Shown in pieces: positions 1 to 10,441 of a stretch of DNA of 64,000 nt. The stretch's first letter is position 1, and each line of letters begins with the position of its first letter. Where the stretch lies: the NCBI GenBank assembly GCA_963731865.1, contig CAVSXG010000001.1:56032-120031 (forward strand), written 5' to 3'. The translations under genes were made by a program, and so were the position numbers. The notes under the pieces are model-generated. The model was not told where the DNA came from, ran no database searches, and saw only the letters and a program-made list of their open reading frames with translations. The DNA is from an uncultured Chloroflexia bacterium (lineage in GTDB: Bacteria; Chloroflexota; Limnocylindria; Limnocylindrales; CSP1-4).

Positions 1-620
1 GCACCTTTCGCTCGAACGCCGCTACGAGACCGAGTTGGGCACGAGCTCGTTCCGGGTGCGGGACACCGTCACCAACGAGGGCTGGTTCCCGACGCCCCAT
101 CAACTGCTCTACCACTTGAACCTGGGTTTCCCGCTGCTTGGTGACGGAGCGGAGGTCCTGGCGTCCACGACGGGCGACCCGGATGACCTCTCGTTCTCGA
201 CCGCCGATGGCGCTCCGGCCGTTCCCGCCGCCAGGCGCTGGCGGACGGTGACCGACCCGGTCGAGGGGTTCACCCACGAGGGCTACATCATCCCGATGCA
301 GCCCGACGCGCGACGGGTGGGCGTCGGTCGCGCTGGTCAACCGCTCGCTGCGGCCGGATCTGGGTGGTCTCGGCGTGTACCTGCGGTACGACGCCCGCAC
401 GCTGCCGGTCTACGTGGCCTGGCGGATGATGCGCGAGGGACTGTACGCGATCGGCTTCGAACCCTCGACGACGCCGTTCGGCGCCACCCGCGACCTCATT
501 GACCGTGGCTACCCACTGATGATGGAGCCGGGTGAGCAGCGCGCGTACGCCCTCGAGTTCGGGATCCTCGAAGGTGGCGAGGCCATCGAACGCTTCGTCG
601 CCGGCCTCCCAACGACGTGA
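1..620 (+). CDS. DUF4432 / aldose 1-epimerase-like protein, 5'-partial, frameshift near 310
   Basis: RVRDTVTNEGWFPTPHQLLYHLNLGFP in one frame, continuing as YLRYDARTLPVYVAWRMMREGLYAIGFEP in the next. Confidence 0.75.
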
Positions 621-630
621 AAGGACGGCC

Positions 631-1044
631 ATGACCGAATCCAACCCGTTCCTCGAGCTTGCCCGCCGCGCCGTGGACGCAGGGCTGGCCTACGCCTCCG
701 AGCACGACCTCCGCATGACCCTCGTGGTGATGGACGTGACCGGGACGATCTGCGCCGCGGCGAGGCACGACGGCTCGAGGCCGATCACGTACGCGATCGC
801 GGTGGCCAAGGCCAACACCGCGCGCGTCTTCGAGGCATCCACGGCCGACCTGGCCGGGCGCGTCAAGCCGGAGAACAAGATCGCGATCGGGCAGTTGGGC
901 ACTGACATCGCCTTCCTCGGCGGCGGCGTGCCGATCGTCCGCGACGGTCGTGTCATCGGCGCGATCGGCGCCAGTGGCGGGGCCGAGCCCCAGGACATGG
1001 AGTGCGCCGAGGTGGCGCTCGCGGCAACCGCGATCAGCGGGTAA
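631..1044 (+). CDS. GlcG/HbpS family heme-binding protein (DUF336)
   Basis: AVAKANTA and FLGGGVPIVRDGRVIGAIGASGG motifs; ATG at 631 after an AGGA-like RBS. Confidence 0.85.
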   Translation: MTESNPFLELARRAVDAGLAYASEHDLRMTLVVMDVTGTICAAARHDGSRPITYAIAVAKANTARVFEASTADLAGRVKPENKIAIGQLGTDIAFLGGGVPIVRDGRVIGAIGASGGAEPQDMECAEVALAATAISG

Positions 1045-2095
1045 GGGCGCCAGCGGTTGGGGCGACGAACACGTTCGGGACCACGACGACCCGTGGTGGC
1101 AAGGACGACCCCGAGATCCGGGCCATCAGCAGCTCGTACGTCGCCTCGGCAATCGCATCGACCGGGTAGGCCACCGTCGGCAACCCGGAATCGGTGCTCA
1201 TGAGGGAACCCAGGTAGCCGTACACGACGAGCGACACCTCGCGAGGCACCGCCACGCCGAGCTCGGTCAGCCGCTCAAGGACGATCGCCGTGTGCTCCAT
1301 CGTGCCGGTCGAGATCATCGCGTCCACGCCCGAAGCCAGGAGGGCATCCACGCCGTCGCGCGCCGTGCGACGGTCGAGGTCGTCGAACACGCGGACCAGG
1401 TCTGGGTCCGCGGGGAGGCCGAGCCGGGCGCGGTTCTCGTCGTAGCGGGCCAGGATCTGCCGGCCAGGACGCGTCTTGGCATCGCGGGTGAGAAGACCCA
1501 CCCGCCGTCGGCCCTTGGCCACCAGGTACTCCATCGCCCCACCGATCCCTGGGCCCTGGTCGACGTGGACGGCGTCCGCGGCCAGGCCCGGCACTTCACG
1601 GTCGAGCAGCACGATCGGCGTGCGGACCTGCAGGAGCAGCCTCGCAAGGTCCGGGCTGGTGTCGTGCGATGGCGCCATCACGAGCGCCTCCACGCCGCGA
1701 CCGACCAGGATCTCGATGGCCTCCAGATCCCGATCGGGTTGCCGGCGGCGAGACGCGGTCAGCAGCATGGAAACGCCGGCATCGGCGAGGTGTCGATCGA
1801 GCTCCTCGACGATCCGACCGAAGACGCTGATGACGGGCACGAGGACGCCGACCAAACCCGTCCGGTTGGTGCGGAGGCTGCGCGCTGCTTGGTTGATCTG
1901 GAACCCGAGGTCCCCAACGGCGGCCAGCACCCGGATTCGGGTCTCCGGCGCGACGCGCTCGGACCCGTTCAGCACGCGCGAGACCGTGGCCTTGGAGACG
2001 CCGGCGGCCGCGGCAAGATCGAGGATCGTGGGCGGCCGGGCGGCCGGCCCATGCCCCTCGTCCCGATCCTGCTGGTGCGTGTCGTGAGTTGACAT
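1034..2095 (-). CDS. LacI family transcriptional regulator
   Basis: HTH TILDLAAAAGVSKATVSRVLN, hinge AARSL, periplasmic-binding-type C-terminal domain. Confidence 0.92.
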   Translation of the reverse strand: MSTHDTHQQDRDEGHGPAARPPTILDLAAAAGVSKATVSRVLNGSERVAPETRIRVLAAVGDLGFQINQAARSLRTNRTGLVGVLVPVISVFGRIVEELDRHLADAGVSMLLTASRRRQPDRDLEAIEILVGRGVEALVMAPSHDTSPDLARLLLQVRTPIVLLDREVPGLAADAVHVDQGPGIGGAMEYLVAKGRRRVGLLTRDAKTRPGRQILARYDENRARLGLPADPDLVRVFDDLDRRTARDGVDALLASGVDAMISTGTMEHTAIVLERLTELGVAVPREVSLVVYGYLGSLMSTDSGLPTVAYPVDAIAEATYELLMARISGSSLPPRVVVVPNVFVAPTAGALTR

Positions 2096-2126
2096 CGTGG
2101 AGCCTGCGTCCGTACAGTACCTCAAC

Positions 2127-2144
2127 CGTGGAAACGTTCCCACG
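2127..2144. promoter_or_regulatory. LacI-family operator
   Basis: Near-palindrome CGTGGAAACGTTCCCACG with the central AANCG core, between divergent LacI and sugar-binding genes. Confidence 0.75.
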
Positions 2145-2190
2145 AGTGTGCGTGTCGGTGCCGGCGGTGCCGGGTGGAGGAGGATCACGC

Positions 2191-3326
2191 GTGAAGACCA
2201 GAGCCTTGGCCATTGTCGCCGCCATCGTGTTCACGGTTTCCGCCTGCAGTGGCGGCGCCGCCTCGTCGCCGGCCGCATCGGCGACCGCGGCGCCTGCCAC
2301 CGAGGCCCCATCCGCCGCGCCCGCGTCGCCCTCGGCCGCTGCCGAGCGCCCGGAGATCGTCTGGCTCGAGCAGAACGCCGGCAATCCCTACTGGGACGCC
2401 CAGCACAAGGCGGCCGCTGAAGCGGGCGAGCGCCTCGGCTTCGATTTCCGCGCGGTGAGCGGCAACGGCGACCCGGCGTCAGCAGGCAGCGACGCTTCAG
2501 CAGCTCGCCGACCAGGGCGTCAACACGATCATGCTCAACGCGATCAACCCGGCGGCAACCGAGCCCGCCGTCGACCTACGCCAAGGAGAAGGGCGCGAAC
2601 GTCGTCAACCTGTACGGCATCGATTCGAATGCAACGGCGAGTGTCACCTTCGACGAGGTCCGGGTCGGTGAGATCGCCGCGCGGTACGCGTTGACCCTCC
2701 TCGAGGCGCGGAACGGCAGCCCGACGGGCAAGATCGCGGTCCTCACCGGCATCCAGGGCCAGCCGGCCAGCGACGAGCGTGCCAAGGGCTTCACCGATTT
2801 CATGGCGAAGCAGGATGGCGTTGAAGTCGTGGCCGAGCAGCCGACCAACTGGTCCGCCGACGAAGCCTCCGCCACCATGCAGAACTGGCTCGTCGCGTTC
2901 CCGGACCTGTCGATGGTCTACGCACTGAGCGACACGCTCGCAGTCCCGGCGATGAACGTGGCCGAGCGGTCGGACCGCCTGTGCACCCAGGCCTCCAACT
3001 GGGAAGCGAACCCGACCTGCATCGTGTTCGTCGCGGTTGATGGCATCTTTGTCAACGAAGTGGTGGACGGCCGGCTGTATGCCACGCAGCTCTACTCGCC
3101 GGAATGGTCCGGGTTCCTGTTTGCCGACGTGGCGTACAAGGTTGCATCCGGCGCCGATTTCGCCACCGAGACAAAGGCCGACGCACTGCTGGTCACGCCT
3201 GAGAACGCCGAATGCGTCGCCGCGATGCAGGCCGAGATGACGAACGACCTCGCGAACTTCCCGTTCGAGGGCACGCTCGCCGAGATCGCGGAAGGAAAGG
3301 GCTGCACGGTCGTCAGCGTCGAATAG
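2191..3326 (+). CDS. Sugar ABC transporter substrate-binding lipoprotein (RbsB-like), frameshift near 2480-2500
   Basis: GGAGGAGG RBS, GTG start, lipobox VSAC, NPYW motif, KIAVLTGIQGQPASDERAKGF. Confidence 0.85.
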
Positions 3327-3467
3327 GGCCTGCCGTTCGCGGGCAGCGTTGCGTTTTGGCACCACTTTCCTTCGTCAACGGGACCTGATTCCGGCGCTGT
3401 TGATTCCTCGCGACGAGGCCCGGACTAAGGTTGCGCCAGGCCGGGTGGAACGGGAGGAGGATTCCCT

Positions 3468-5589
3468 ATGCGTCGCTTGGCGTTCCCCATCGCTGTCCTG
3501 CTTTGCCTCGGGAGTTCGGTCGGCCTCGTCTCGGCGGCGCCACCAGAGAAGGCGACGGCAGGCGCGACGGGTCTCGGTGACCCGTACTACCCACTCGACG
3601 GGAACGGCGGGTACGACGTCCAGCACTACGACCTCGATCTGGCGTACGAGCCCGACACCGATGTGCTCAGCGGCGTCGCCACGATCACGGCCGACGCCAC
3701 GCAGGCGCTCTCGCGGTTCAACCTGGACTTCGACGGCCTGACCGTGCTCTCCATCACGGTCAACGGCGCCGCTGCGAAGTGGCATCGGGCACGCGGGGAG
3801 CTGGTCATCACGCCGTCGCGCCAACCTGGCCAACGGCAGCGAATTCACAACGGTCGTCAGCTACGAGGGCGTGCCGGGACCCATCCCCGAAGGCGAAACG
3901 GGCGGCTGGGTCACCACGGACGACGGCGTCATCGTCGCCGGTGAGCCCCACGGTGCAGCCACGTGGTACCCGGCCAACGATCATCCCACGGACAAGGCGT
4001 CCTTCACGTTCCACGTCGACGTGCCCGAAGGTCTCCAGGCGGTGGCCAATGGGCGACTCGTGAGCTCGGTCACGGCCGCCGGCCGGACGACCTGGACCTG
4101 GGACGCGGTGGAGCCGATGGCGACCTATCTAGCCACGATCAACGTCGGTGAGTTCGATATCAACGCCTACTCCGCGGACGGCATCGACTTCTGGGATGCG
4201 ATCGATCCCGACCTCTTCGAGCCGGTTGCATCCCCGCGAACGGGGACCCAGTTCGCGATTTCGCAGCAGGCCGACAACTCCTACAAGCGGCTGATGCGGG
4301 CGATGAGTGTGCCCGCCGCGGGCGCCGACCTGACGTTCTGGGTCGATCGGAACACGGAGAACCCGTGGGACTTCCTGTTCGTGGAGGTGCACACGGTTGG
4401 CCAGGACGATTGGACGACCCTGTCCGACACAAACGGCCACACGACCCAGGACACCGGGTTCTCATGCCCGGGTTGGCACAACATCCACCCCTTCCTGACC
4501 CACTATCAGAGCAACGGATGCAAGCCATCCGGGAGCACCGGAGACTGGTGGGCGGCAACAGGCACCAGCGGCGACGCCGAGGAATGGACGGTCGATCTGG
4601 GCGCATTTGCCGGATCCGACATCGAAGTGTCCATTTCGTATGCCAGCGACGAGAGCGTCCAGGGCCCGGGCCTGTTCGTCGACGACATCGTGGTCTCCAC
4701 CGGCGAAGGTTCGACGTCCTTCGAGGACGACGGTGACACGATGGACGGGTGGACCGTACCGGGCGCACCGGACGGGAGCCCCGGCAACGACACCGACTGG
4801 ACCGTTGGGACGGCCGCCGACACGCCGCCCGCTCCAGGGGTCATCGCCGCCGAAACCATGGCGCGAGAGGCCGAGATCCTCGCCTTCGAGAGCAGCCGCT
4901 TCGGCTCCTATCCGTTCTCGACGTCGGGCGGCCTGGTCGACGACATCACCAACCTCGGCTTCTCGCTCGAAACGCAAACACGGCCGATCTACCCTGGAGA
5001 GAACCTCGGTGATGCGATCTCAGCCGCTGGCCTCTTCGTCCACGAGCTGGCACACATGTGGTATGGCGACAGCGTCTCCGTGGCGGAGTGGAAGAACATC
5101 TGGCTGAACGAAGGCTTCGCGACCTACGCCGAATGGCTGTGGAGCGAAGACCAGGATCTGGGGACGGCCCAGGAGATCTTCGATTTCTTCTACGAGGTCA
5201 TCCCCGCGGACGACTCGTTCTGGAGCGTCGTCGTCGCCGACCCGGGGGCCGGTAACGAGTTCAACGGCGCCGAATACATCCGCGGCGCGATGACGCTCCA
5301 TGTCCTTCGGACAGTGGTCGGCGACGACGATTTCTTCGAGATCCTGCGGACATGGGCGACCGACAACGCCGGCGGCAACGTGACGACCGACGAGTTCATC
5401 GCGCTGGCCGAATCGATCTCGGGCCAGGATCTTGGCGCGCTCTTTGACACCTGGCTGTTCACGCCCTCCAAGCCGGTGCTCGACGCCGCCGCTGTCCTGC
5501 GCGCGGGCGCCGCTCCGCATGCACCGGGTGTTGCTCGCTCCCAGATCACGCGATACGGCGCGGGGGACGCCTTCGCCTCTTCGAGGTAA
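3468..5589 (+). CDS. Secreted M1 family aminopeptidase with an inserted beta-sandwich domain, frameshift near 3825
   Basis: Signal peptide, GDPYYPLDGNGGYDVQHYDL, zinc motif HELAHMW...WLNEGFATYAEW, YIRGA. Confidence 0.88.
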
Positions 5590-5605
5590 CGCCCCGTTCC
5601 ACGTG

Positions 5606-5637
5606 AACGCCCGCGGTCGGACCGGACCGCGGGCGTT
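5606..5637 (+). terminator. Intrinsic terminator-like hairpin
   Basis: Perfect 13-bp stem AACGCCCGCGGTC / GACCGCGGGCGTT just after the peptidase stop. Confidence 0.7.
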
Positions 5638-5705
5638 TGCGCGCCGGACCGCATCCTGGCAGCGGAGTTGTTGCCTCGGGCCGCAGACTGACGCATCCTT
5701 CTCCC

Positions 5706-6542
5706 GTGCCGTTCTACATGGATCGCCACGAGTTCACGGAGCTCACGGCTGAAGCCGCCGCGCAAGCGCACGTCATGGACATTGCTGTCCAGGACCAGTT
5801 CGGCGTGCGGTTCCTCACCTACTGGTTCGACGAGGAGCGCCAGACCGCGTTCTGCCTCGCGAAGGCGCCCAACGCCGATGCCGTCGAGGACGTACATCGC
5901 GCCTCGCACGGGTTCCTGGCCTACGAAATCATCGAGGTCGACCCGCGGATGGTCGAGTTGTTCATGGGCGGCATCGTCGAGCACACTCCCGGCGAGCCGT
6001 ACGTCGCGACCGCCTTCCGGACCATCCTGTTCACCGACATCGAGGGCTCGACGCGCCTCACCCAGGAGCTCGGTGACGCCCGCGCGATGGCCCTCCTGCG
6101 CAACCACGACCGGATCCTGCGGGAGTCGCTGGCCCGCCACGGCGGGTCTGAGGTGAAGCACACGGGCGACGGGGTGATGGCCTCCTTCCCGCTCGTGAGC
6201 GGTGGCATCGAGTGCGCCATCGCCATCCAGCGGCGCCTCGCGGAAGCGGCCACCGGCGGCACCCGCCTGCGCCTGCGCATGGGACTCTCGGCGGGCGAGC
6301 CCGTCACCGAGGGCGACGACCTGTTCGGGGCGGCCGTACAACAAGCGGCCCGCCTGTGCCAGCGCGCGAAGCCCGAGACGATCCTCGTGTCGAGCGGGGT
6401 CCGCGACCTTGCGGTCGGCAAGGGCTTCACCTTCGAGAAGCGCGGTCGGCTGACCCTCAAGGGCTTCGACGAGGCGGTCCCCACCTTCGAAGTCGTCTGG
6501 CAGGATCAAGCGATGCGTGCCATGAGCGTAGCGCCGGATTGA
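5706..6542 (+). CDS. DUF4242 (SCO4226-like nickel-binding) domain fused to a class III adenylate/guanylate cyclase
   Basis: N-terminus PFYMDRH...FCLAKAPNADAVEDVHRASHG; cyclase motifs LFTDIEGST, KHTGDG, AARL. Confidence 0.88.
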   Translation: MPFYMDRHEFTELTAEAAAQAHVMDIAVQDQFGVRFLTYWFDEERQTAFCLAKAPNADAVEDVHRASHGFLAYEIIEVDPRMVELFMGGIVEHTPGEPYVATAFRTILFTDIEGSTRLTQELGDARAMALLRNHDRILRESLARHGGSEVKHTGDGVMASFPLVSGGIECAIAIQRRLAEAATGGTRLRLRMGLSAGEPVTEGDDLFGAAVQQAARLCQRAKPETILVSSGVRDLAVGKGFTFEKRGRLTLKGFDEAVPTFEVVWQDQAMRAMSVAPD

Positions 6543-6573
6543 CTCATAGAGATGAGTCAGTTAGGCTCAAGGC
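6539..6573 (+). promoter_or_regulatory. Sigma70-type leaderless promoter with palindromic TA operator
   Basis: TTGACT-N17-TAGGCT-N6-ATG; inverted repeat TGACTCAT-AGAG-ATGAGTCA (6540-6559) over the -35. Confidence 0.75.
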
Positions 6574-6843
6574 ATGACTAAGCGATTGCAGGTGCTCCTC
6601 GACGACGCCGAGCTGCGAACGATCCAGCGACTCGCTCGACGCGACAAGGTGACCACAGCCGAATGGGTTCGGCGTCGCCTCCGGGAAGGTGCCGCCAATT
6701 CACGTGGCGACACCGGAGCAAAGCTCGCGGCAATCCATCGAGCGTATCGCCAGGGATCTGGAGGCGACGAACCGGAGGTGGACATCGACCAGATGTTGGA
6801 CGAGATCGAGCAGGGCTACCTCAGCGGTCTGCCGGAGGCATGA
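6574..6843 (+). CDS. vapB: Ribbon-helix-helix (RHH) antitoxin, VapB-like (TA1)
   Basis: MTKRLQVLLDD N-terminus; ATGA overlap with the PIN gene. Confidence 0.8.
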   Translation: MTKRLQVLLDDAELRTIQRLARRDKVTTAEWVRRRLREGAANSRGDTGAKLAAIHRAYRQGSGGDEPEVDIDQMLDEIEQGYLSGLPEA

Positions 6844-7235
6844 TCTTCATCGACGCCAACATCCCCATGTACCTGGTCGGACGGCCACACGCAAATCGGG
6901 ACGCTGCCCGTCGATCCCTCGAGGAGGTCGTCGCCGCCGGCGAGACCGCGTGCACTGACGCTGAAATCCTGCAGGAGATCCTGCGCCGCTACACCGCCAC
7001 TCGCCGCACCGATAGAATCGATCCCGCCTTCGACGCTGTGCTCGGCGTTGTCGATGTCGTGTTCCCCATCGAACGAGGAGATGTCGAGCGGGCGCGGCGC
7101 CTCCTTAGGACGACGCCTCGGCTGGCTGCCCGGGACGCCCTCCACGTCGCGGTCATGCAGGGCCGAGACATCGGCCGGATCCTCAGCTTCGACGTCGGGT
7201 TCGACGGGATCCCGGGAATCGTCCGTTTGTCGTAA
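6840..7235 (+). CDS. vapC: VapC PIN-domain toxin (TA1)
   Basis: IFIDANI, EILQE, ARDALHVA, ILSFD acidic PIN motifs. Confidence 0.9.
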   Translation: MIFIDANIPMYLVGRPHANRDAARRSLEEVVAAGETACTDAEILQEILRRYTATRRTDRIDPAFDAVLGVVDVVFPIERGDVERARRLLRTTPRLAARDALHVAVMQGRDIGRILSFDVGFDGIPGIVRLS

Positions 7236-7472
7236 CGGCAGCGCGGAGCCCGACAGGGCCTCGGAGACTGCAAAACGTAGGCGGGGAACCGGCACGAGGA
7301 CATCGCTGTGCACTCCGGCTTTGGACGGGTCTGCGAGGCTGCAACGAGCGCCCCAGGCGTACCCACCAGATCGCTTGAGCCAATGCTGCAGACCGCCAGG
7401 CACGGGGAGGAGATTTGGGACCCCGGGTCAAGCGCCCCAATCTGCCGCCGACCGGCCCTTCAGCCTCGCTAG

Positions 7473-7520
7473 TTGACGCAACCCAACGGTTGCGATACTG
7501 TGTAGCAACTAACAGGTTGC
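7473..7520 (+). promoter_or_regulatory. Promoter with two palindromic operators (probably for the ArsR protein)
   Basis: TTGACG-N17-TACTGT; GCAAC-N6-GTTGC at 7478-7493 and 7505-7520. Confidence 0.7.
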
Positions 7521-7539
7521 GATATCACAGGAGACTGAC

Positions 7540-7977
7540 ATGGGTTTTCCAGATCGAATTGAGCGGACCGTCGAGATCGCGCATCCGCAAGCAACGGTAT
7601 GGGCCGCGCTGACCACGGCCGAGGGCCTCGGCACGTGGTTCGGCAACATGGCGACGATCGAACTGTGGCCTGGTGGCGAGGCCCATCTGACATGGACCAG
7701 TGGCGACAAGGCGTCCTTGCGCATCGAACGCGTGGAGGAGCCGAGCGTCTTCGGGTTCACCTGGGGCATCCACGGTCTGCCCGACGACGACTCGAGACGA
7801 ACCTACGTCGAGTTCACGCTTGAACCGACCGGCAACGGCACCCGCCTGACGGTCATCGAATCGGGCTTCGCGCAGCTCCCCAACGAGAGCCACCGCAAGG
7901 CCTTCGACGGCAACACCGAAGGTTGGGCCAGCGAGCTGGGCGAGCTCGTCGAGTACCTCGATGCCAACGCGGCCTGA
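7540..7977 (+). CDS. SRPBCC (AHSA1/START-like) domain protein
   Basis: IERTVEIAHPQATVWAALTTAEGLGTWF, C-terminal GW..L helix. Confidence 0.88.
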   Translation: MGFPDRIERTVEIAHPQATVWAALTTAEGLGTWFGNMATIELWPGGEAHLTWTSGDKASLRIERVEEPSVFGFTWGIHGLPDDDSRRTYVEFTLEPTGNGTRLTVIESGFAQLPNESHRKAFDGNTEGWASELGELVEYLDANAA

Positions 7978-8344
7978 CGCAGAGGTCGTCGCCGAGGAGG
8001 TCTTCACGGCCCTCGCGGACCCGAGCCGGCGGGCCATCCTGGCCGCACTCGCGGCCAACGGGCCGGCCACGGCGACGGACCTGGCCGGTCGACTGCCCAT
8101 CACCCGTCAGGGGATCGCCAAGCATCTCGCGCTTCTTTCCGAGGCTGGCCTGGTGGCCGCTGAACCCGGAGAGCGGCGCCGGGTGCGATACCGGCTTCGC
8201 TCCGCCCCGATGCAGGTGGCGCAGCAGTTCCTGGCCGCCATGGCCCGGGATTGGGACCGCCAGCTCGATGCGCTCAGGGACCATCTCAACATCGCCGCGG
8301 CCCCACAGCCCACGCCAAGGAACAAGGGAACGAAACAGTCATGA
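7961..8344 (+). CDS. ArsR/SmtB family regulator
   Basis: FTALADPSRRAIL...ITRQGIAKHLALL. Confidence 0.88.
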   Translation: MPTRPDAEVVAEEVFTALADPSRRAILAALAANGPATATDLAGRLPITRQGIAKHLALLSEAGLVAAEPGERRRVRYRLRSAPMQVAQQFLAAMARDWDRQLDALRDHLNIAAAPQPTPRNKGTKQS

Positions 8345-9168
8345 CTACCGACATCACCAACGCCTGGGTGCGCCCTCCCGAATGGCAGCCCGGTCGACCA
8401 TCCGTGACCGGTCACCGGATCGGGACGCGTGAAGAATGGGCGGCTGCCCGCGAGGAACTGCTGGCCCGCGAGAAGGAGCACACGAGGCTGGACGACGAGC
8501 TGGCTCGCCAGCGACGTGAGCTGCCGTGGGTCCGCGTCGAAAAGGAATACCGCTTCGACACGGAGGACGGCCCGCGCACGCTCGCGGAGCTCTTTGACGG
8601 CCGAAGCCAGCTGCTCATCTACCACTTCATGTTCGGCCCGAGCTACGAGGCCGGCTGCCCGATCAATTCGTCGATCGCGGACAACATCAACGGCCTGCTC
8701 CCGCACCTGAATGCCCACGACGTGACGATGCTCCTCGTGTCGCAAGCGCCGGTGGAGAAGCTCCACCCCTACAAGCAGCGCATGGGCTGGGCCATCCCAT
8801 GGGTGTCCTCCGCACACAGCGAATTCAACGTTGACCTCGGGTACTCGACCAACGCGGAAGAGACCCGGGCGTGGGTCGCGCAGAACATTGGATCCCTGCC
8901 GCCGATCGTCGACAGCAACGCCGCCGCGAGCGGCACCGACATCGCCGGCTACCTGACGGAGAGCCCGGGCTTCAGCGCGTTCGTCCTAGAGGACGGGGTC
9001 GTCTACCAGACGTACCAGACCGGCTGGCGCGGCGTCGAGTTCCTGATGGGCTACTACCCGATCCTCGATCGGACGCCGAAAGGCCGCGAAGAGGACGACG
9101 GGTTCCAGCTCTGGCTCCGCCGGCACGACGAGTACGACGTGGCCGCGAGTCAGGCGGGACGACGGTAG
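8341..9168 (+). CDS. DUF899 thioredoxin-like protein
   Basis: RRELPWVRVEKEYRF, LFDGRSQLLIYHFMFGP, GCPxxS. Confidence 0.9.
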   Translation: MTTDITNAWVRPPEWQPGRPSVTGHRIGTREEWAAAREELLAREKEHTRLDDELARQRRELPWVRVEKEYRFDTEDGPRTLAELFDGRSQLLIYHFMFGPSYEAGCPINSSIADNINGLLPHLNAHDVTMLLVSQAPVEKLHPYKQRMGWAIPWVSSAHSEFNVDLGYSTNAEETRAWVAQNIGSLPPIVDSNAAASGTDIAGYLTESPGFSAFVLEDGVVYQTYQTGWRGVEFLMGYYPILDRTPKGREEDDGFQLWLRRHDEYDVAASQAGRR

Positions 9169-9425
9169 GTGCTCTCCGAACGTCGGGCGACCCGGAGGAC
9201 GACGACCAGCCGGTCGGGATCCTGGATCGAGTAGATCACCCGCAGGTCGCCCACGCGGAGTCTCCAGAAGCTGGTCTTGACGAGCTTCGCGGCGCCGGGC
9301 GGGCGCGGCTCGATTCCCAGGGCGAGGATCGGGCCGCGCAGCTTCGCCGCGTCACCCGGTGGCAGCCGTCTGAGTTGCCGCTGGGCCGCCGGGGACAGGT
9401 CGACGCGGTACCGCGCTTCGCTCAC
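9150..9425 (-). CDS. relE: RelE/ParE family toxin (TA2)
   Basis: YRVDLSPAAQRQLRRL, PRPPGAAKL, WRLRVGDLRVIY. Confidence 0.88.
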   Translation of the reverse strand: MSEARYRVDLSPAAQRQLRRLPPGDAAKLRGPILALGIEPRPPGAAKLVKTSFWRLRVGDLRVIYSIQDPDRLVVVLRVARRSESTYRRPA

Positions 9426-9676
9426 CGATCCGGGTCGTAGGTCGCCTTTGTCTCCGCGGCGAGCCTGCCGAAGAACGCCGCGGCCGCCTCGCCCCCGTCG
9501 CGCCGATACTCCTCCAGCGCTGCCTCCGCGGACTCGGCGTCCTCACGGGTTTCTTCGGCTTCCAGCCAGGCCGCCAGCGCGGCGTCGACGACATCACGGA
9601 CGCTTCGATCCGAACGAGCGGCCTCGACCTTGACGGCTCGATAGACGTCCGGGTCGATATCGATGGTCACTTTCAT
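9422..9676 (-). CDS. RHH/CopG-like antitoxin (TA2)
   Basis: MKVTIDIDPDVYRAVKVEAA; acidic C-terminus; 4-nt overlap with relE. Confidence 0.8.
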   Translation of the reverse strand: MKVTIDIDPDVYRAVKVEAARSDRSVRDVVDAALAAWLEAEETREDAESAEAALEEYRRDGGEAAAAFFGRLAAETKATYDPDR

Positions 9677-9708
9677 GAAGCCAGCATACCAGCATGCTGG
9701 GTTGCTGG
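9677..9708 (-). promoter_or_regulatory. Leaderless extended -10 promoter with operator for TA2
   Basis: On the minus strand TGgTATGCT-N6-ATG; perfect palindrome CCAGCATGCTGG (9689-9700) and extra half-sites. Confidence 0.7.
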
Positions 9709-9772
9709 GTTACAAGCTGTTTGCGGGACGGAGCTCTGGTCGGCGGAATCCGCCGAGCGGTAGGCTTGATGG

Positions 9773-10390
9773 ATGAGACGACTCGACTTCTACATCATCC
9801 TCACGGCCGACGGTCTCTATTCGGACCTCGACGGAGGTCTCGGCCACTACGAGCCCGCCGACGACGAGCACCGCTACGCCAACGACCTGACGCGCGACAG
9901 CGGTGGCATCGTCATGGGCCGGGTCATGTACGACGTGATGGACTACTGGGACTCCCTGGATCTCGACGACCCCGCGTCGCCCGATGTCGAGCGCGAATTC
10001 GCAACCTATTGGCGGGAGACGCCCAAGTACGTCATCTCCCGCGGCCAACCGCCTCTCCGCGAAAACGCGACGCTGCTCGAGGGCGATGCCATCGAGGCCG
10101 TTCGAGCGCTCAAAGAGACCGACGGGCCGCCGCTCGGGCTTGGCTGCGGCGCAGACCTCCTTGCGGAGCTCAGCGAGGCCGGGCTCATGGATACCTACCG
10201 GTTGATGATCACAACGACCGTGCTGGGTCAGGGCAAGCACATGTTCGGCTCGTTCCACGAACCACTGCGCCTGCGACTGACGGGAACCCGAACCTTCGAC
10301 GCCGGGAGTGTGCTGCTGGAGTACGAACCCGGCGTTGACCGAGGCGCACACCGCAGAAGCCGGCGCCGGTCCAGAAACCCCCGGCGCTAG
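9773..10390 (+). CDS. Dihydrofolate reductase / RibD C-terminal family protein
   Basis: LTADG, IVMGRVMY, TPKYVIS, GKHMF; TAGGCT-N6-ATG upstream. Confidence 0.85.
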   Translation: MRRLDFYIILTADGLYSDLDGGLGHYEPADDEHRYANDLTRDSGGIVMGRVMYDVMDYWDSLDLDDPASPDVEREFATYWRETPKYVISRGQPPLRENATLLEGDAIEAVRALKETDGPPLGLGCGADLLAELSEAGLMDTYRLMITTTVLGQGKHMFGSFHEPLRLRLTGTRTFDAGSVLLEYEPGVDRGAHRRSRRRSRNPRR

Positions 10391-10398
10391 CGACTTGG

Positions 10399-10441
10399 AT
10401 GTAGTCACCAAGCAGCGCAGGATGTGCTAACGTGACTACAT
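10399..10441 (+). promoter_or_regulatory. TA3 operator and leaderless promoter
   Basis: Perfect 10-bp inverted repeat ATGTAGTCAC (10399-10408) / GTGACTACAT (10432-10441) overlapping the ATG; TGcTAACGT-N6-ATG. Confidence 0.72.

Noticed and set aside
7236-7470. Possible ncRNA after vapC
   Set aside because: No recognisable RNA motif, terminator or repeat.
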